The notes: a model not told the origin generated them from the letters alone. A stretch of DNA of 64,000 nucleotides from Eledone cirrhosa (GCA_964016885.1 CAXHJY010001105.1:395547-459546), one strand, 5' to 3'; counted from the stretch's first letter, positions 36,976-52,076 are shown. Program-made: numbers and translations.

Positions 36976-37232
36976 TATTCTATTATATATATTTCAAGGG
37001 TACCAAAACTGTGGTACGCTCTCATCAGATAAAATACAAAGTTTGTTTTATAAATTTTGACATAACCAAGAAAAGATACCTCAACGGTTCAAGTTTATCC
37101 AGGAAAAACTTGAACCGTTGAGGTATCTTTTCTTGGTTATGTCAAAATTTATAAAACAAACTTTGTATTTTATCTGATGAGAGCGTACCACAGTTTTGGT
37201 ACCCTTGAAATATATATAATAGAATATATATG
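36970..37232. repeat. Near-perfect palindrome carrying two mirror hammerheads (36976-37036 -, 37166-37226 +)
   Basis: ~125 bp arms centred near 37101. tattttat-CTGATGA-gagcgtacc/ggtaccctt-GAAA-tatata-TA-atagaata. Confidence 0.88.
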
Positions 37233-37543
37233 GTCTTATAAATATAGTTTCCATTTATTTAATATCATCGAATATTATACTCCAGAAAACTTGTAGAGTG
37301 CTCTGAATCAGTTATAAACATTTATATTTGTTGAATTACCAACAAATTGAATATCCCTTCTGCTTATACACACATATATATATATATGTGTGTGTATGTG
37401 TATACATAAATATATATGTGTATGTGTGTATATGTATGTATGTGTGGGTGTCAGCGACCTATACACACATGTCACAGACACACACACACACATATATGTG
37501 TATCTATCTATATATACACACACACATACACACACACATACAG

Positions 37544-37582
<39 letters not shown>

Positions 37583-37606
37583 CGCACACACATACACACA
37601 CACATG

Positions 37607-37654
<48 letters not shown>

Positions 37655-37755
37655 TAGTTTCAAACTACTTCGCATTTTCTCATTCTAAATATACTCCATT
37701 TTTCCTATGTGGAAAAAATGCGTCGAGTGCTTGATATAAATTGCATCAATATTTA

Positions 37756-38016
<261 letters not shown>

Positions 38017-38072
38017 CTACGACAAACGGAGGAACACGTGTTAGAACAGGGTCTTACTACTCTTAGTCACTG

Positions 38073-38125
<53 letters not shown>

Positions 38126-38229
38126 AAGAGGTATATACACATACACATACATACATAGGTATGTATGTATGTATATACATGTTTATATATATATATACAT
38201 ATGTGTGTGTATAAATATTAAACGAAAAA

Positions 38230-38402
<173 letters not shown>

Positions 38403-38984
38403 CTCACACTCACGTATTTACTGGTACAACTTCACTCGCACTCACGTCACGTTTACACTCTCACTCACATTGATGGGCACTCTCGCACTTTCACTCACTT
38501 TCACACTCACCGTCACACTCACTCTCATCCTCACACTCACCCTCAGCCTCACCCTCACCTCACACTCACACACACCCTCTCACTCTCTCTCTCACATTCA
38601 CCCTCACACTCTCACTCTCACTCATACTCAACCTCACCCTCACCTCACACTCACACTCACTCTTACACTCACCTTCACACTCTCACTCTCACTCTCACTC
38701 ACCCTCACCTCACCCTCACACTCACACTCATACCCTCACACTCACACTCTCACTCTCACACTCACCCTCACACTCTCCCTCACACTCTCACTCATCCTCA
38801 GCCTCACCCTCACACTCACACCCTCACACTCACACCCTCTCACTCTCACACTCACCCTCACACTCTTACTTTCACTCATCCTCACACTCACCCTCAGCCT
38901 CACCCTCACCTCACACCTCACTCACACCCACACCTCACACTCACACCCTCTCACTCTCACACTCTCACTTTCACTCACACTCAC

Positions 38985-39111
38985 CCTCATGTGTTTGTTG
39001 AGACTGGACGACTGGCTGAAGCTCTTCCCACAGACGGTGCACTTGTGGGGCCTGTGTTTCTCGTGGACGTGAAGGACGTGGATCCTCAGCCTGTCTCTTT
39101 TCTCGAACGAC
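38985..39111 (-). CDS. PRDM14: PRDM14 zinc-finger exon
   Basis: cag|(R)[42 protein letters not shown]|gtgagt. 127 bp, phase 2-0. Confidence 0.95.
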
Positions 39112-39916
39112 CTGTGGACACACAGACAGACAGTTATATATATGTATATATGTATATATATATAGAGAGAGAGAGAGGAAGAGAGAGAGAGAGAGCGGGA
39201 GAGAAACAGAGAGAGAAAAAAATATATATTTAGGAAAAGGTTCAGAAATAGCCGTCGAAACGGCTTGAGCTCTACCGTCGGGGTCCTGAACCTTTTCCTT
39301 TTACCCACGCCACTACCCAAAGTATCGAGTACTCTGGTGCGTCATGGTCTACCTGGTCCCTTACCACACTTCCTTCATTATGTGTCTTATTTATATCGTA
39401 GATTATGTGAAGGACATATAATCTATTTATTACGTTTCCTGGATTGTGAAAATGGTGGTGTATACGAGAACCATAACACTATTTTGCTTCTCATTTTTAA
39501 TATTTCTCTACACACAAGCTTCTATATCATACATAAAAAATACTTTACCAATGCAACCCCCATAATACTCTTGATTGCCCGCTTAAAGTGCTTGTATTAC
39601 ATAAAACACCTTGCCGCACTATAATCTTATAATCTTATATAAATAAGACACACGTGCATGCCCCACGTGTAACTATTGCATACACTAACTACTTAAAACT
39701 ATCCTCTTGCATTATCTTCGTAAACTGCCGATGTTGTATTTTAACTTTAATTTTGTTTTAAGTTTCTTTTAATATGATTTTAATTTTTGAATGTAAATTG
39801 CCATGCTAAAATATTATAATGGATGTCACCCCACTGTGCATCGATATATACATATGTTTCTGTATGTCTCTTGTGTTAGAAAGGAGGTCATGTATGTAAA
39901 CAATCATTGAAAAATT

Positions 39917-39961
39917 GCTCCGAAGACACCAAACCTCAGTTTGGACGAAACAATTGTAAGC
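39917..39961 (+). ncRNA. Hammerhead-like motif with CCGAAGA core
   Basis: gct-CCGAAGA-ca-ccaaac/gtttgg-ac-GAAA-caattg-TA-agc. Confidence 0.6.
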
Positions 39962-40176
39962 TAATAAATGATTTGAACAGAACTTTGATTCATGTAATTT
40001 TTATATAACTGCTCTGTAGAACAACTGCTGTTATTACATTGAGCTATTTATCTTACTGGTAATAAGGTAGTAATAAATTACTGTCTTTCACTGTTTAGGG
40101 TTTAAAATATATATAACTATAAAAGGTTTTAGTATATACATAACCATAAATAGTATCCTTAATACTATGTATATAC

Positions 40177-40234
<58 letters not shown>

Positions 40235-40354
40235 TATATTTAATTTGTTGGGATCCAACAAGCAAAATATTCTTATAACTGATATAAAGCACTCAACAAA
40301 TTATTGCATTTTTAAGGGTATGTCAATATTTATTTATAAAACTAACCTATATTA

Positions 40355-40420
40355 TATTTTATCTGATGAAAGCGCACCATGGTTTACCTTGGTGGTCCTT
40401 GAAATATGTATAATGAAATA
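40355..40420 (+). ncRNA. Minimal hammerhead motif (family of 54399)
   Basis: tattttat-CTGATGA-..cacca/tggtg..-GAAA-tatgta-TA-atgaaata. Confidence 0.55.
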
Positions 40421-40600
40421 AATATGGTTTTATAAATATAGTTTCCATTTATTAATATTATTGATATTATACTCCAGAAGAAAATTGTAGAGTGCTTCTA
40501 ATTTGTTATAAACTAATTTTGTTGAATAACCAACAAATTAAATAACTCATTGCTTATATATATGTGCGTGTGTGTGTGTGTGTACATATATATCTATAAT

Positions 40601-40744
40601 AGTCAAGGTAGCACGTGACGAAGAAACAAGATGATGCAATTACATGAAGTGTATTAGTTTCACGCTTGGAGGAAGAATGAGTTCCATATTTCTTTTGAAT
40701 GAAACATTTCTAGTCCTGTAGAAGCCATTACCATATTAAACGTG

Positions 40745-40810
<66 letters not shown>

Positions 40811-41580
40811 GTGTGTAAACATACATATACAAATATATATTCATATTTCAACAGATATTCAAAAATAGCCGCCTCAGCCATTTCGTGGACGGTCGCGGAG
40901 CCCTGGGCAACTGGATGTCCTACGTCAATTGTGCCAGACACAAATCCGAACAAAATCTCGTTGTGGTCCAACACGAAGACGATATTTTCTACGAGGTTTC
41001 CCGTGACATTCACAACGGAAACGAACTTCTTGTCTGGTATGGTGACAACTACATGCAGTTCATAGGAATTCCGGTCACGTTACACGACGCTTCCGATTCC
41101 GACACCGAACTCTCGCGAGACGAAACCGAAAGTAAGAGCTTCATTGTTATTGTTGCTGTTGTTGCTATTATTATTATTAATATTCTATTGTTATTAATAT
41201 AGGGGGGCGGTGGATTGGCAATATCGGTAGAGGGTCGGACGCCATGCTTTGCAGCATAGAGTTACGGCCCTTTATAATCTGAGTTCAAATCCCGCGAAGG
41301 TTAACTTTGCCTTTCATCCTTACGGGGTCGATAAAATAAAGTACCAGTAATACACTGGGATAATTGCTGGCGTTGTGCCAAAAGTAGAAACAATTATTAT
41401 TAATATATGAATGTTAAAGTAGTGACAAGGTCACTTACTTATTCTCGGCAAAAAGAATGGGAGTGATCGACAGTCCTGTTTCTCGCTCGTTAGTGGTTAT
41501 CAAGTATACTTACTCCTTCGCTTCTGCCGACAGTTATAGGAGATGGATTCTTATAGTATTCCAGTAATGTTTAAGAGCAC
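40601..41580 (+). repeat. Inverted duplication of 50818-51794
   Basis: Near-identical reverse complement including the exon, splice sites, SINE and unique intron sequence. Confidence 0.93.
40855..41131 (+). pseudogene. Antisense duplicate of the PRDM14 PR-domain exon
   Basis: 277 bp with AG/GT intact. Four substitutions versus 51276-51552: G>S, M>I, G>D and one silent. Confidence 0.85.
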
Positions 41581-41583
41581 ACA

Positions 41584-41647
<64 letters not shown>

Positions 41648-41649
<2 letters not shown>

Positions 41650-41999
41650 TAACAGGGGACACAAGCTCTCCTATCCTGACTTGCTGGCTACTGCCATGGT
41701 GTCACCTCTGAGGCTGTGTCACCACTAGTGTCACTAATAACAGGGGACACAAGCTCTCCTATCCTGATGTACTGGCCACTGCCATGGTGTTACCTCTGAG
41801 GCTGTGTCACCACTAGTGTCACTAATAACAGGGGACACAAGCTCTCCTATCCTGATGTACTGGCCACTGCCATGGTGTTACCTCTGAGGCTGTGTCACCA
41901 CTAGTGTCACTAATAACAGGGGACACAAGCTCTCCTATCCTGATGTACTGGCCACTGCCATGGTGTTACCTCTGAGGCTGTGTCACCATTAGTGCTCTA
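41648..41999. repeat. 88-bp tandem repeat, 4 copies
   Basis: aataacaggggacacaagctc.. starts at 41648, 41736, 41824 and 41912. Confidence 0.92.
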
Positions 42000-42076
42000 G
42001 AAACCACAGTCACTAATAACAGGGGGCACAATTATATACACACATCATTATATACACACATCATTATATATACACT

Positions 42077-42255
42077 TGGCAGTATCGGTAGAGGGTCGGC
42101 CGCCATGATTTGACGCATAGAGTTACGGCCCTTGCCATTCTGAGTTCGAATCCCGCCAAGGTTAACTTTGCCTTTCATCCTCACAGGGTCGATGAAATAA
42201 AGTACCAGTAATGCACTGGGTAATTGCTGGCCTTGTGCCAAAAGTACAAACAATT
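42077..42255 (+). mobile_element. SINE (family of 45851-46036)
   Basis: Same head and core. Confidence 0.75.
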
Positions 42256-43032
42256 ATTTACACAGTTATCTACAGTTATATACGTTATATACACACTATT
42301 ATATACAGTTATATACGTTATATACACACCATTATATAGCTAATCTAATCTAATCTGGCCGAGTTTACATTCACAAATAAGAAGATCCAGGGCTGCCCCT
42401 AGGACCATTGGATTTGGTGTACATCATATGTGTTTATACACCATTATACACCATAAAATATACACCATTATATATACACCATTATATAGCTAATCTAATC
42501 TAATCTGGCCAAGTTTACACTCCCAAATAAGAACCTGGGCCTCCCCCTAGGACCATTGGATTTGGTGTACTTCATATTTGTTTCAGTTGCTGAATACAAC
42601 CAGGGGTCACTGCTTCTCCTGAAGGTCAATAGTTCTCTTCTAACTCAAGCAGGAGCACCTTTCCATTGTCAATTTACATTGATCACCTGTAAAGCAACAT
42701 TGTTCTCAGAACCACTACACCTGTCTTTAGATGTGGGCAGCTGGAACTACTGCCACCCATTGATTTGGCAGGATCTTTTTTTTTTTTTTTTTTTTAGATG
42801 GCCCTTGACTCTTATGAGATCTTCTGCCCTTTGTCAGGTTTTGTTTTTTGTCCTGCAGGGTGTCCAAAATCACCCTCCTCACCAAATAAACTTGGTTGGG
42901 TTGCCGGTTTAGTCAACCATGTGACAAGTTGTACTGGGTTACATGCTGCCACGTAATACATGATGTAATCAAAAACGGAAAATTAGTGCACTGTAATACA
43001 ATATAGGAGTTGGCTATTGTTGTGTAAGTTAC

Positions 43033-43162
43033 CTGGTGCAGAGGTGACAGGGGAACTTCCGGTCTCCTTGGTCGACACATTTCGTGTATTTCAGGTGTTT
43101 GTCTCTGTAGTACTTATAGGCGAACACTTTACCACATCTTTCACACTGGTAACCCTCACTGT
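43033..43162 (-). CDS. PRDM14: PRDM14 exon, first zinc fingers
   Basis: tacag|(N)SEGYQCERCGKVFAYKYYRDKHLKYTKCVDQGDRKFPCHLCT(R)|gtaac. 130 bp, phase 1-2. Confidence 0.95.
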
Positions 43163-43271
43163 CTGTAAATAAAAAGGGGAGAGGACGGGTCGAGCATAAG
43201 AAAGGGTTTATATATATATATATTGATATATATATATATATATATATTGATATTGATATATATATATTGAT

Positions 43272-43304
<33 letters not shown>

Positions 43305-43316
<12 letters not shown>

Positions 43317-43678
43317 AAGAATCAAAGAACTGTTCAAAACATTATTGTGCTTACAGCTGTTTCCTCCAAACCGAGGTTTGGATTCTTCGGAGCAATTTAT
43401 TAATGCATGGACAGTTATATGACCTCCTTTTCAGCCGAGAGACATACCAATACATATTCAAACATTGTGGGTCAACATTCATTACATTGTTGACTCACAA
43501 TGTTTGAATATGTATCAATGTTTGAATATGTGTTGGTATGTCTCTCGGCTGAAAAGGAGGTCATATAACTGTCCATGCATTAATAAATTGCTCCGAAGAA
43601 TCCAAACCTCGGTTTGGAGGAAACAGCTGTAAGCACAATAATGTTTTGAACAGTTCTTCGATTCTTATATTTCATATA
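43305..43678. repeat. Palindrome carrying two mirror CCGAAGA hammerhead motifs (43348-43394 -, 43589-43635 +)
   Basis: ~160 bp arms. tgct-CCGAAGA-a-tccaaacc/ggtttgga-g-GAAA-cagctg-TA-agca. Confidence 0.85.
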
Positions 43679-43836
43679 ACTGCTCTGTAAATCATCTGAT
43701 GTTTTTACATTGAGCTACTTAACTTACTGGTAATAAGGTAGTAATACATTACTGCCTACCACTATTTAGGGTGTGTGTAAAATACTTACAACTGCTTAAG
43801 GTTTTGTATTTACATAACCATAAATAGTATAACTAA

Positions 43837-43998
<162 letters not shown>

Positions 43999-44074
43999 TG
44001 ATATATATATATATATTGATATATATATATATATTTATATTGATATATATATATTTATATTGATATATATATAT

Positions 44075-44182
<108 letters not shown>

Positions 44183-44409
44183 ATATATATATATATATTG
44201 ATATATATATATATATTGATATATATATATATATTGATATATATATATTGATATATATATATATATATATATTGATATATATATATTGATATATATATAT
44301 ATATATATATATATGTTGATATATGGAAAGTTATATTTAAAATTGTTGGGTTACAACTAGTAAATATTTATAACTGGTATAAAAGCACTCGACAAATATT
44401 TGGAGTATA

Positions 44410-44797
44410 TTTACAATATTAAATAAATGGAAAACTATATTTATAAAACCATATCTATTTCATTATATATATTTCGGGGATATCATATTAACAATATGCT
44501 ATGCCTTCATCAGACAAAATACAATATAAACAGTTTTATAGATAAATAGATTCGACATACCGTTATAACACCGACTTCATTTGAAGAGGTTTACGCTGGC
44601 TGTCACAGCCAGCGTAAACCTCTTCAAATGAAGTCGGTGTTATAATGGTATGTCGAATCTATTTATCTATAAAACTGTTTATATTGTATTTTGTCTGATG
44701 AAGGCATAGCATATTGTTAATATGATATCCCCGAAATATATATAATGAAATAGATATGGTTTTATAAATATAGTTTTCCATTTATTTAATATTGTAT
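44410..44797. repeat. Near-perfect palindrome carrying mirror hammerheads (44456-44521 -, 44687-44752 +)
   Basis: ~190 bp arms centred on 44604 with essentially no spacer. Confidence 0.88.
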
Positions 44798-44837
44798 ATA
44801 TTGATATATATATATATATATATATTGATATATATAT

Positions 44838-44873
<36 letters not shown>

Positions 44874-44881
44874 ATATATAT

Positions 44882-44932
<51 letters not shown>

Positions 44933-45642
44933 ATGCTTTGTTGCTTCTGTCTGTCTTTTCTATCTTCTGTCACTTGTGTAAATATGTTTTAAAACTTTGG
45001 ATTGCCTATATCTCTCTATATTTATTGTCTATTATATATATATATATATATTTTTTTTTTTTACCATACTCTATATTATTTTATGGTATTATTTTTTACC
45101 CTGTGGAATACATTATGTTTTTATACAAGTTTTGTTGACTTTGCATGGTACGTTGGATGTATTTATATATTTTTTTAATGTCAATATATTATTTTCATTG
45201 ATTTTAGTATTGTTTAATCACACCGTCAGGGTGATTATTCCATTATAATGCTTATATTTATATATTTGTGTTAATATGTGTATGTGTAAATGTGTATATG
45301 AGTGTGTATATATATGTGTCTGAATGCGTGTAGATATATATATTAAATTTTATTTCTGTATTATGTATTGCATTGTATTGTATATTATATTATAATTTTT
45401 ATATCTTATTTCTCGCATTATATTACTATGTTGTATTTCGAGTATTAGACTTATATTGTACTTTTAACGTGGGTTTGTTTAATGTTTGCTTGCTCTCTTG
45501 CCCTATAGTCTTTATTTACAAATGCACCCCATTAGGTTTAACATGTCTTTCCATGATAATTTTCCTAAATTTTCCTAAATATCCATTCGCTATTCTTCTG
45601 AATTTTGGCTTGTTCTAGCCGATGATATTTCTTGTCTTTTCC

Positions 45643-45687
45643 TTGCTCTGATGAGTCCTAATTAATGGGACGAAACATTGTCAGCAA
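45643..45687 (+). ncRNA. Type I hammerhead ribozyme, canonical core, GUC site
   Basis: ttgct-CTGATGA-gtcc(taattaatg)ggac-GAAA-cattg-TC-agcaa. Confidence 0.85.
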
Positions 45688-45726
45688 ATAAAGATTTTTA
45701 ATGTATGAAAGGGTTCTTTGTTAATT

Positions 45727-45775
<49 letters not shown>

Positions 45776-45778
<3 letters not shown>

Positions 45779-46262
45779 AAGGCGGGTAAAATTCCCGAGA
45801 TCCATGGACGAGTTCTCTCCAGCGGTCTCTGTCCCTCATTATCGCTTCCAGGCGGTGGATTGGCAGCGTCGGTAGAGGGTCGGACGCCATGCTTTGACGC
45901 ATAGAGTTACGGCCCTTGCCATTCTGAGTTCAAATCCCGCCGAGGTTAACTTTGCCTTTCATCCTTACGGGGTCGATAAAATAAAGTACCAGTAATGTAC
46001 TGGGTAATTGCTGGCCTTGTGCCAAAAGTAGAAACAATTATCGCTTCCATATCCCGCATCTCCAACAGACCAGTGTCTGTCCTTAGGGCATCAACATATG
46101 TTAACCTTGGTCTTCCTCTTCTAGTGTGTCCATGTAGGGGCTCCCAAAGGAGCACTGAGTGCAATGTCAACTCTGGATGTCGGTGAGCATGTCCAGCCAA
46201 CCTCAGTCTCCTCTGTGTCACTTTTGAGCTGACTTTTGGGATGCTCCCATACAGCTCTGAGT
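45776..46262 (-). mobile_element. RTE LINE 3' fragment interrupted by a SINE
   Basis: Matches 55802-56088. SINE inserted at 45851. Confidence 0.85.
45851..46036 (+). mobile_element. Full-length SINE with 13-bp target-site duplication
   Basis: TSD attatcgcttcca at 45838-45850 and 46037-46049. B-box-like gagttcaaatccc. Central ctttgcctttcatcc..ggggtcgataaaataaagtaccag domain resembles the Meta/Sauria-SINE type. Confidence 0.85.
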
Positions 46263-46853
46263 TTTTTTTTTTATATATATCAATATATATATATGTGAAA
46301 AAATGGGGAGAAGAATACTGCTGGTAGCACATGGATAACATGTAATAAAATAAGTCCCTCATCAGTGATTTGCCGACGATCATAGATATTTCATTGCATT
46401 AAAAATCATATACCTCACGTCGGTGCAATAATAACTAAATTAAGTTATTAGGACAATTAAAACGCGTAAAGCGAGTGAGACAGGAAAACAACAAAGAGTA
46501 AAGCTAACCGTAGAAGGAAGGGAACAAGCTTCATAGTTATTCTGTTAGCATAAGCTAGGTGAATATATGAGCGCTTAGAAAAAAGACCTTTCAGGAGCGA
46601 ATTCAATGTGAGAAAGAGAGAAAATGATTTCGTCGCGAACGGGGTGAAGTGAGGAGAGGAGAAACAGTGAGTGAGTGAGTGGAAGTGTGAGGAAGAGTTA
46701 ACTGACATGACAGAGGGGGCGAAAGAAAGTAGGAGAAACAGAGAGAGCGAGGGAGCAGTAAGAGAGAGAGAGAGAAAAAAACAGAATCGCAGTTTAGGTA
46801 AATATATGTGAAAAATGGGGAGAAGAATACTGCTGGTTGCACATGGATAACAT

Positions 46854-46889
<36 letters not shown>

Positions 46890-46997
46890 ATATATATATA
46901 TATATTGATATATATATATATCAATATATATATATATATATATATATCAATATATATATATATATATATCAATATATATATATATATATATATATAT

Positions 46998-47037
<40 letters not shown>

Positions 47038-47149
47038 ATATATATATATATATATATATCAATATATATATATATATATATATCAATATATATATATATA
47101 TATATATATATCAATATATATATATATATATATCAATATATATATAGTC

Positions 47150-48185
47150 CAGTAGTGCTAAGTTTAATATTCTGATGGCAGATTTGGTACGAGTGATGAA
47201 GAATGTGTCCCGCATGTGCGACCCAACAGAAATGGAAGGACACATCCAACACTTCATCAACCGCATGCAGTTCTCTGGCTACAACCAAAGAGACAGAGTC
47301 AGAGTATACGAAGGAGCCATGGAGAAGTATAAGACCCTCATAGAACTGGACATGAAAGGAATCTGCCCATTATACAGGAGCAAATCATGGAATAGCTTAG
47401 ATAGGGCTAGACATAAGATAGGGAAGGCCACATCATGGTACGACAACCAGAGATATCAGAGTGTCATGTTTGTGGACGCCACCCCTGGAGGGAAATTAGC
47501 TAACCAGTGTAGAAAGGCCCTGAGAAAGACCCACTTAAAAATAAAGGTGGTAGAAAAGCCAGGAACCACCATAAAATCCCTGATCAGCAAAACCTACCCT
47601 TTTAAGAAAACCCACTGTACCAATAGGAAGTGTATCATATGTAAGGTGAACCCCCGGATAAACTGTAAAACTAGAAACGTAGTCTATAGCATAAGATGTA
47701 CAGAGGGTACTTGCAGAAACATGACAACAACATACATAGGTGAGACAGCTGGTAGCATAGGTGAAAGGATAGACCAACACTGGGGGGAACTAAAAGGACG
47801 AAAAAACGGGTCAGTACTATACGAACATGCTAGACAACAACATGACGGTAACATAGACAACATAGAAATTAGAATAATATCTAAACATAGGAATGACCCA
47901 GCAGATAGGCAAATCAGAGAGGCCAGTGAAATAGAAATTAGAAGACCAAAGCTAAACAGAAAGAATGAGTGGAACAACAACAACACCCAAACAAACAACA
48001 CTGACCTAAGAGAAGTATAAATAAGTAAATAAAATAAAATAAAATAAGATAAACAAACAAGCAAATAAATAAATAAATATATAGACAGACTGAATAAAAA
48101 ATGGCGTAGACATACAACACAACAGGAGGAACAATGAATATAACACCACTGACGATGTTGCAGATGTGCAACGAAAGATTTATGT
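47150..48185 (+). mobile_element. 5'-truncated Penelope-like element (RT thumb end, linker, GIY-YIG; ORF to 48020) with pLTR hammerhead core at 48149
   Basis: SGYN, CTNRKCIIC, NVVYSIRC..TYIGET, RQIREASEI..PKLNRKNEW. CTGACGA-t-gttgca/tgcaac-GAAA. Confidence 0.85.
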
Positions 48186-48425
48186 AAATTATGTAAACTA
48201 TATATATATATATATGTGTTTGTGTCTATATTGTATCTGTATTATTTTTGACCGCCGGTCAGTCAATGGCAACATTGAGGACCGAGTAAGTTAGATCGCA
48301 GATATAATAAAAGACAGCGAGAAGCGAAAACCAACCAAACAGTGAGTGTGTTCTGTTATTAATTCTGGCAATATTACGCAAATATGACCCTCCCCAAGTA
48401 TAACAATATATATATATATATATAT

Positions 48426-48499
<74 letters not shown>

Positions 48500-48666
48500 A
48501 TATATATATATATATATATATCAATATATATATATATATCAATATATATATATATATATATCAATATATATATATATATATATCAATATATATATATATA
48601 TATATATATCAATATATATATATATATATATATCTATATATATATATATATATCAATATATATATA

Positions 48667-48793
<127 letters not shown>

Positions 48794-49078
48794 ATATATA
48801 TATATATATATACATTATGAAGAGAGAAGAAACATTTAGATATAATTAGTAATAAAATGTATCATACCTAAACTGCTCCTAAATTCCTCGACTACGTAGT
48901 TTCGTGGCATAAACAAAAACAATATATCATAAAGACATAGAGTCCCTGCGAGGTCTGCCGACTTATCAAGAGGATACCTCATTTTACTAGTCTCAAGAAC
49001 GCGTCTACACGACGTGAGAAAGAATCCCAAAAGGCGTAGGGGGAGATAGTCACGCGATATAACGGTCGAGAAACAGAG

Positions 49079-49141
<63 letters not shown>

Positions 49142-49241
49142 ATGTATATATATATATATATCAATATATATATATATATATATCAATATATATATATATC
49201 AATATATATATATATATCAATATAAATATATATATATATAT

Positions 49242-49296
<55 letters not shown>

Positions 49297-49333
49297 TATA
49301 TATATATATCAATATAAATATATATATATATAT

Positions 49334-49565
<232 letters not shown>

Positions 49566-49581
49566 ATATATATATATATAT

Positions 49582-49667
<86 letters not shown>

Positions 49668-49773
49668 ATATATATATATATATATATATATATATCAATA
49701 TATATATATATATATATCAATATATATATATATCAATATATATATATATATATATCAATATATATATATATCA

Positions 49774-49841
<68 letters not shown>

Positions 49842-50138
49842 TCATAATCTATAAAGCTCAGTGTGTTGTCATGCTCCTTCGTTATAGAAATCTACGATAT
49901 AGAATTTCTTCAACTGAAATTTACAACTCAATACTCGAAACAGCTTCGATTGCGTCTTGACGCAGATAATTTTTTCAATTTCACTCACAATTACGCAAAA
50001 AATAGATAAAACTCAATATTTTACGATTTTCCTCTCTCATTTAAGCGGCTGAACTCTTTCTACTACCATTCAAAATCTATACAACTTCATACTTTCTGCT
50101 ACTTTCTCTTTCCAAGCTTGATGGTGATACTGTCCGTT

Positions 50139-50468
50139 CACACCACTCCCTACTGTCTTAAATTTAGAAAACACATATCCACTATGAGGTTACTAAACCT
50201 GCTAGAAACAGCAGCTAACTCTCCCCCATATCACACCCCTCCCCACATCACTCCCTACTGTCTTAAATTTAGAAAACACATATCCTCTATGAGGTTACTA
50301 AACCTGCTAGAAACAGCAGCTAACTCTCCCCCATATCACACCACTCCCTACTGTCTTAAATTTAGAAAACACATATCCTCTATGAGGTCACTAAACCTGC
50401 TAGAAACAACAGCTAACTCTCTCTCATATCACAACCCTCCCTACTGTCTTAAATTTAGAAAACACACA
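50139..50468. repeat. ~91-bp tandem repeat, about 3.3 copies
   Basis: ctccctactgtcttaaatttagaaaacaca.. occurs four times. Confidence 0.85.
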
Positions 50469-51275
50469 GACAACCATGCAGAACAACTCCATCGCAGCTC
50501 TGTTGTTCGGCTGGCATCGTCTACGCGCGTGTTGCGCAAGTACTGTGAAACAATAAATTTCAACACTTTTTTGCACAGAGATAATATCCATAGGCGAAAC
50601 TACAATTGTCACTGCTGGCGCAGCTCATGCTTCCAGGTCTGCAATTCATTCACCCAGTACCTATCAGACAAAAAAGTGCTGCCATAAAATGGGTGGTGCA
50701 ACCTAACTTTGGTATCGGTCGTACAGAGGTCAGCGGCCGAATGAGGGAGTGGGATGGCGCTAGCTGTCAGTCCATTCTCTGCCTGTTTGTTATATATATA
50801 TATATGTGTGTGTGTGTGTGCTCTTAAACATTACTGGAATACTATAAGAATCCATCTCCTATAACTCTCGGCAGAAGCGAAGGAGTAAGTATACTTGATA
50901 ACCACTAACGAGCGAGAAACAGGACTGTCGATCACTCCCATTCTTTTTGCCGAGAATAAGTAAGTGACCTTGTCACTACTTTAACATTCATATATTAATA
51001 ATAATTGTTTCTACTTTTGGCACAACGCCAGCAATTATCCCAGTGTATTACTGGTACTTTATTTTATCGACCCCGTAAGGATGAAAGGCAAAGTTAACCT
51101 TCGCGGGATTTGAACTCAGATTATAAAGGGCCGTAACTCTATGCTGCAAAGCATGGCGTCCGACCCTCTACCGATATTGCCAATCCACCGCCCCCCTATA
51201 TTAATAACAATAGAATATTAATAATAATAATAGCAACAACATCAACAACAGCAACAATAACAATGAAGCTCTTAC

Positions 51276-51552
51276 TTTCGGTTTCGTCTCGCGAGAGTTC
51301 GGTGTCGGAACCGGAAGCGTCGTGTAACGTGACCGGAATTCCCATGAACTGCATGTAGTTGTCACCATACCAGACTAGAAGTTCGTTTCCGTTGTGAATG
51401 TCACGGGAAACCTCGTAGAAAATATCGTCTTCGTGTTGGACCACAACGAGATTTTGTTCGGATTTGTGTCTGGCACAATTGACGTAGGACATCCAGTTGC
51501 CCAGGGCTCCGCGACCGTCCACGAAATGGCTGAGGCGGCCATTTTTGAATAT
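51276..51552 (-). CDS. PRDM14: PRDM14 exon, PR/SET domain C-terminal part
   Basis: acag|IFKNGRLSHFVDGRGALGNWMSYVNCARHKSEQNLVVVQ..ELLVWYGDNY..ETE|gtaag. 277 bp, phase 0-1. Confidence 0.95.
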
Positions 51553-51587
51553 CTGTTGAAATATGAATATATATTTGTATATGTATG

Positions 51588-51650
<63 letters not shown>

Positions 51651-51998
51651 CACGTTTAATATGGTAATGGCTTCTACAGGACTAGAAATGTTTCATTCAA
51701 AAGAAATATGTAACTCATTCTTCCTCCAAGCGTGAAACTAATACACTTCATGTAATTGCATCATCTTGTTTCTTCGTCACGTGTTACCTTGACTTATATA
51801 GATATATATATATGTATATATATATATATGTATACATATGCACACACACACACACATATATATATATAATAGCAAAACCGAGGAAGTTCGTTTAGTTCAT
51901 ATGTAAACGAAACTTTCTCGTTTTTACCAATATATACACCCTGCCTGTGTATAGAATGTTAGTTCTAGTACCAACACTAGTATTTCATTGTACTCACA

Positions 51999-52076
<78 letters not shown>

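Noticed and set aside
40855-41131. A second, plus-strand PRDM gene
   Set aside because: No other PRDM exons on the plus strand in the window, so it is treated as a single duplicated exon.
49840-50763. Helitron-type non-autonomous element (also 53570-53835)
   Set aside because: Termini are only suggestive (atctataaag start, CTAG end) with no clear subterminal hairpin or second copy.
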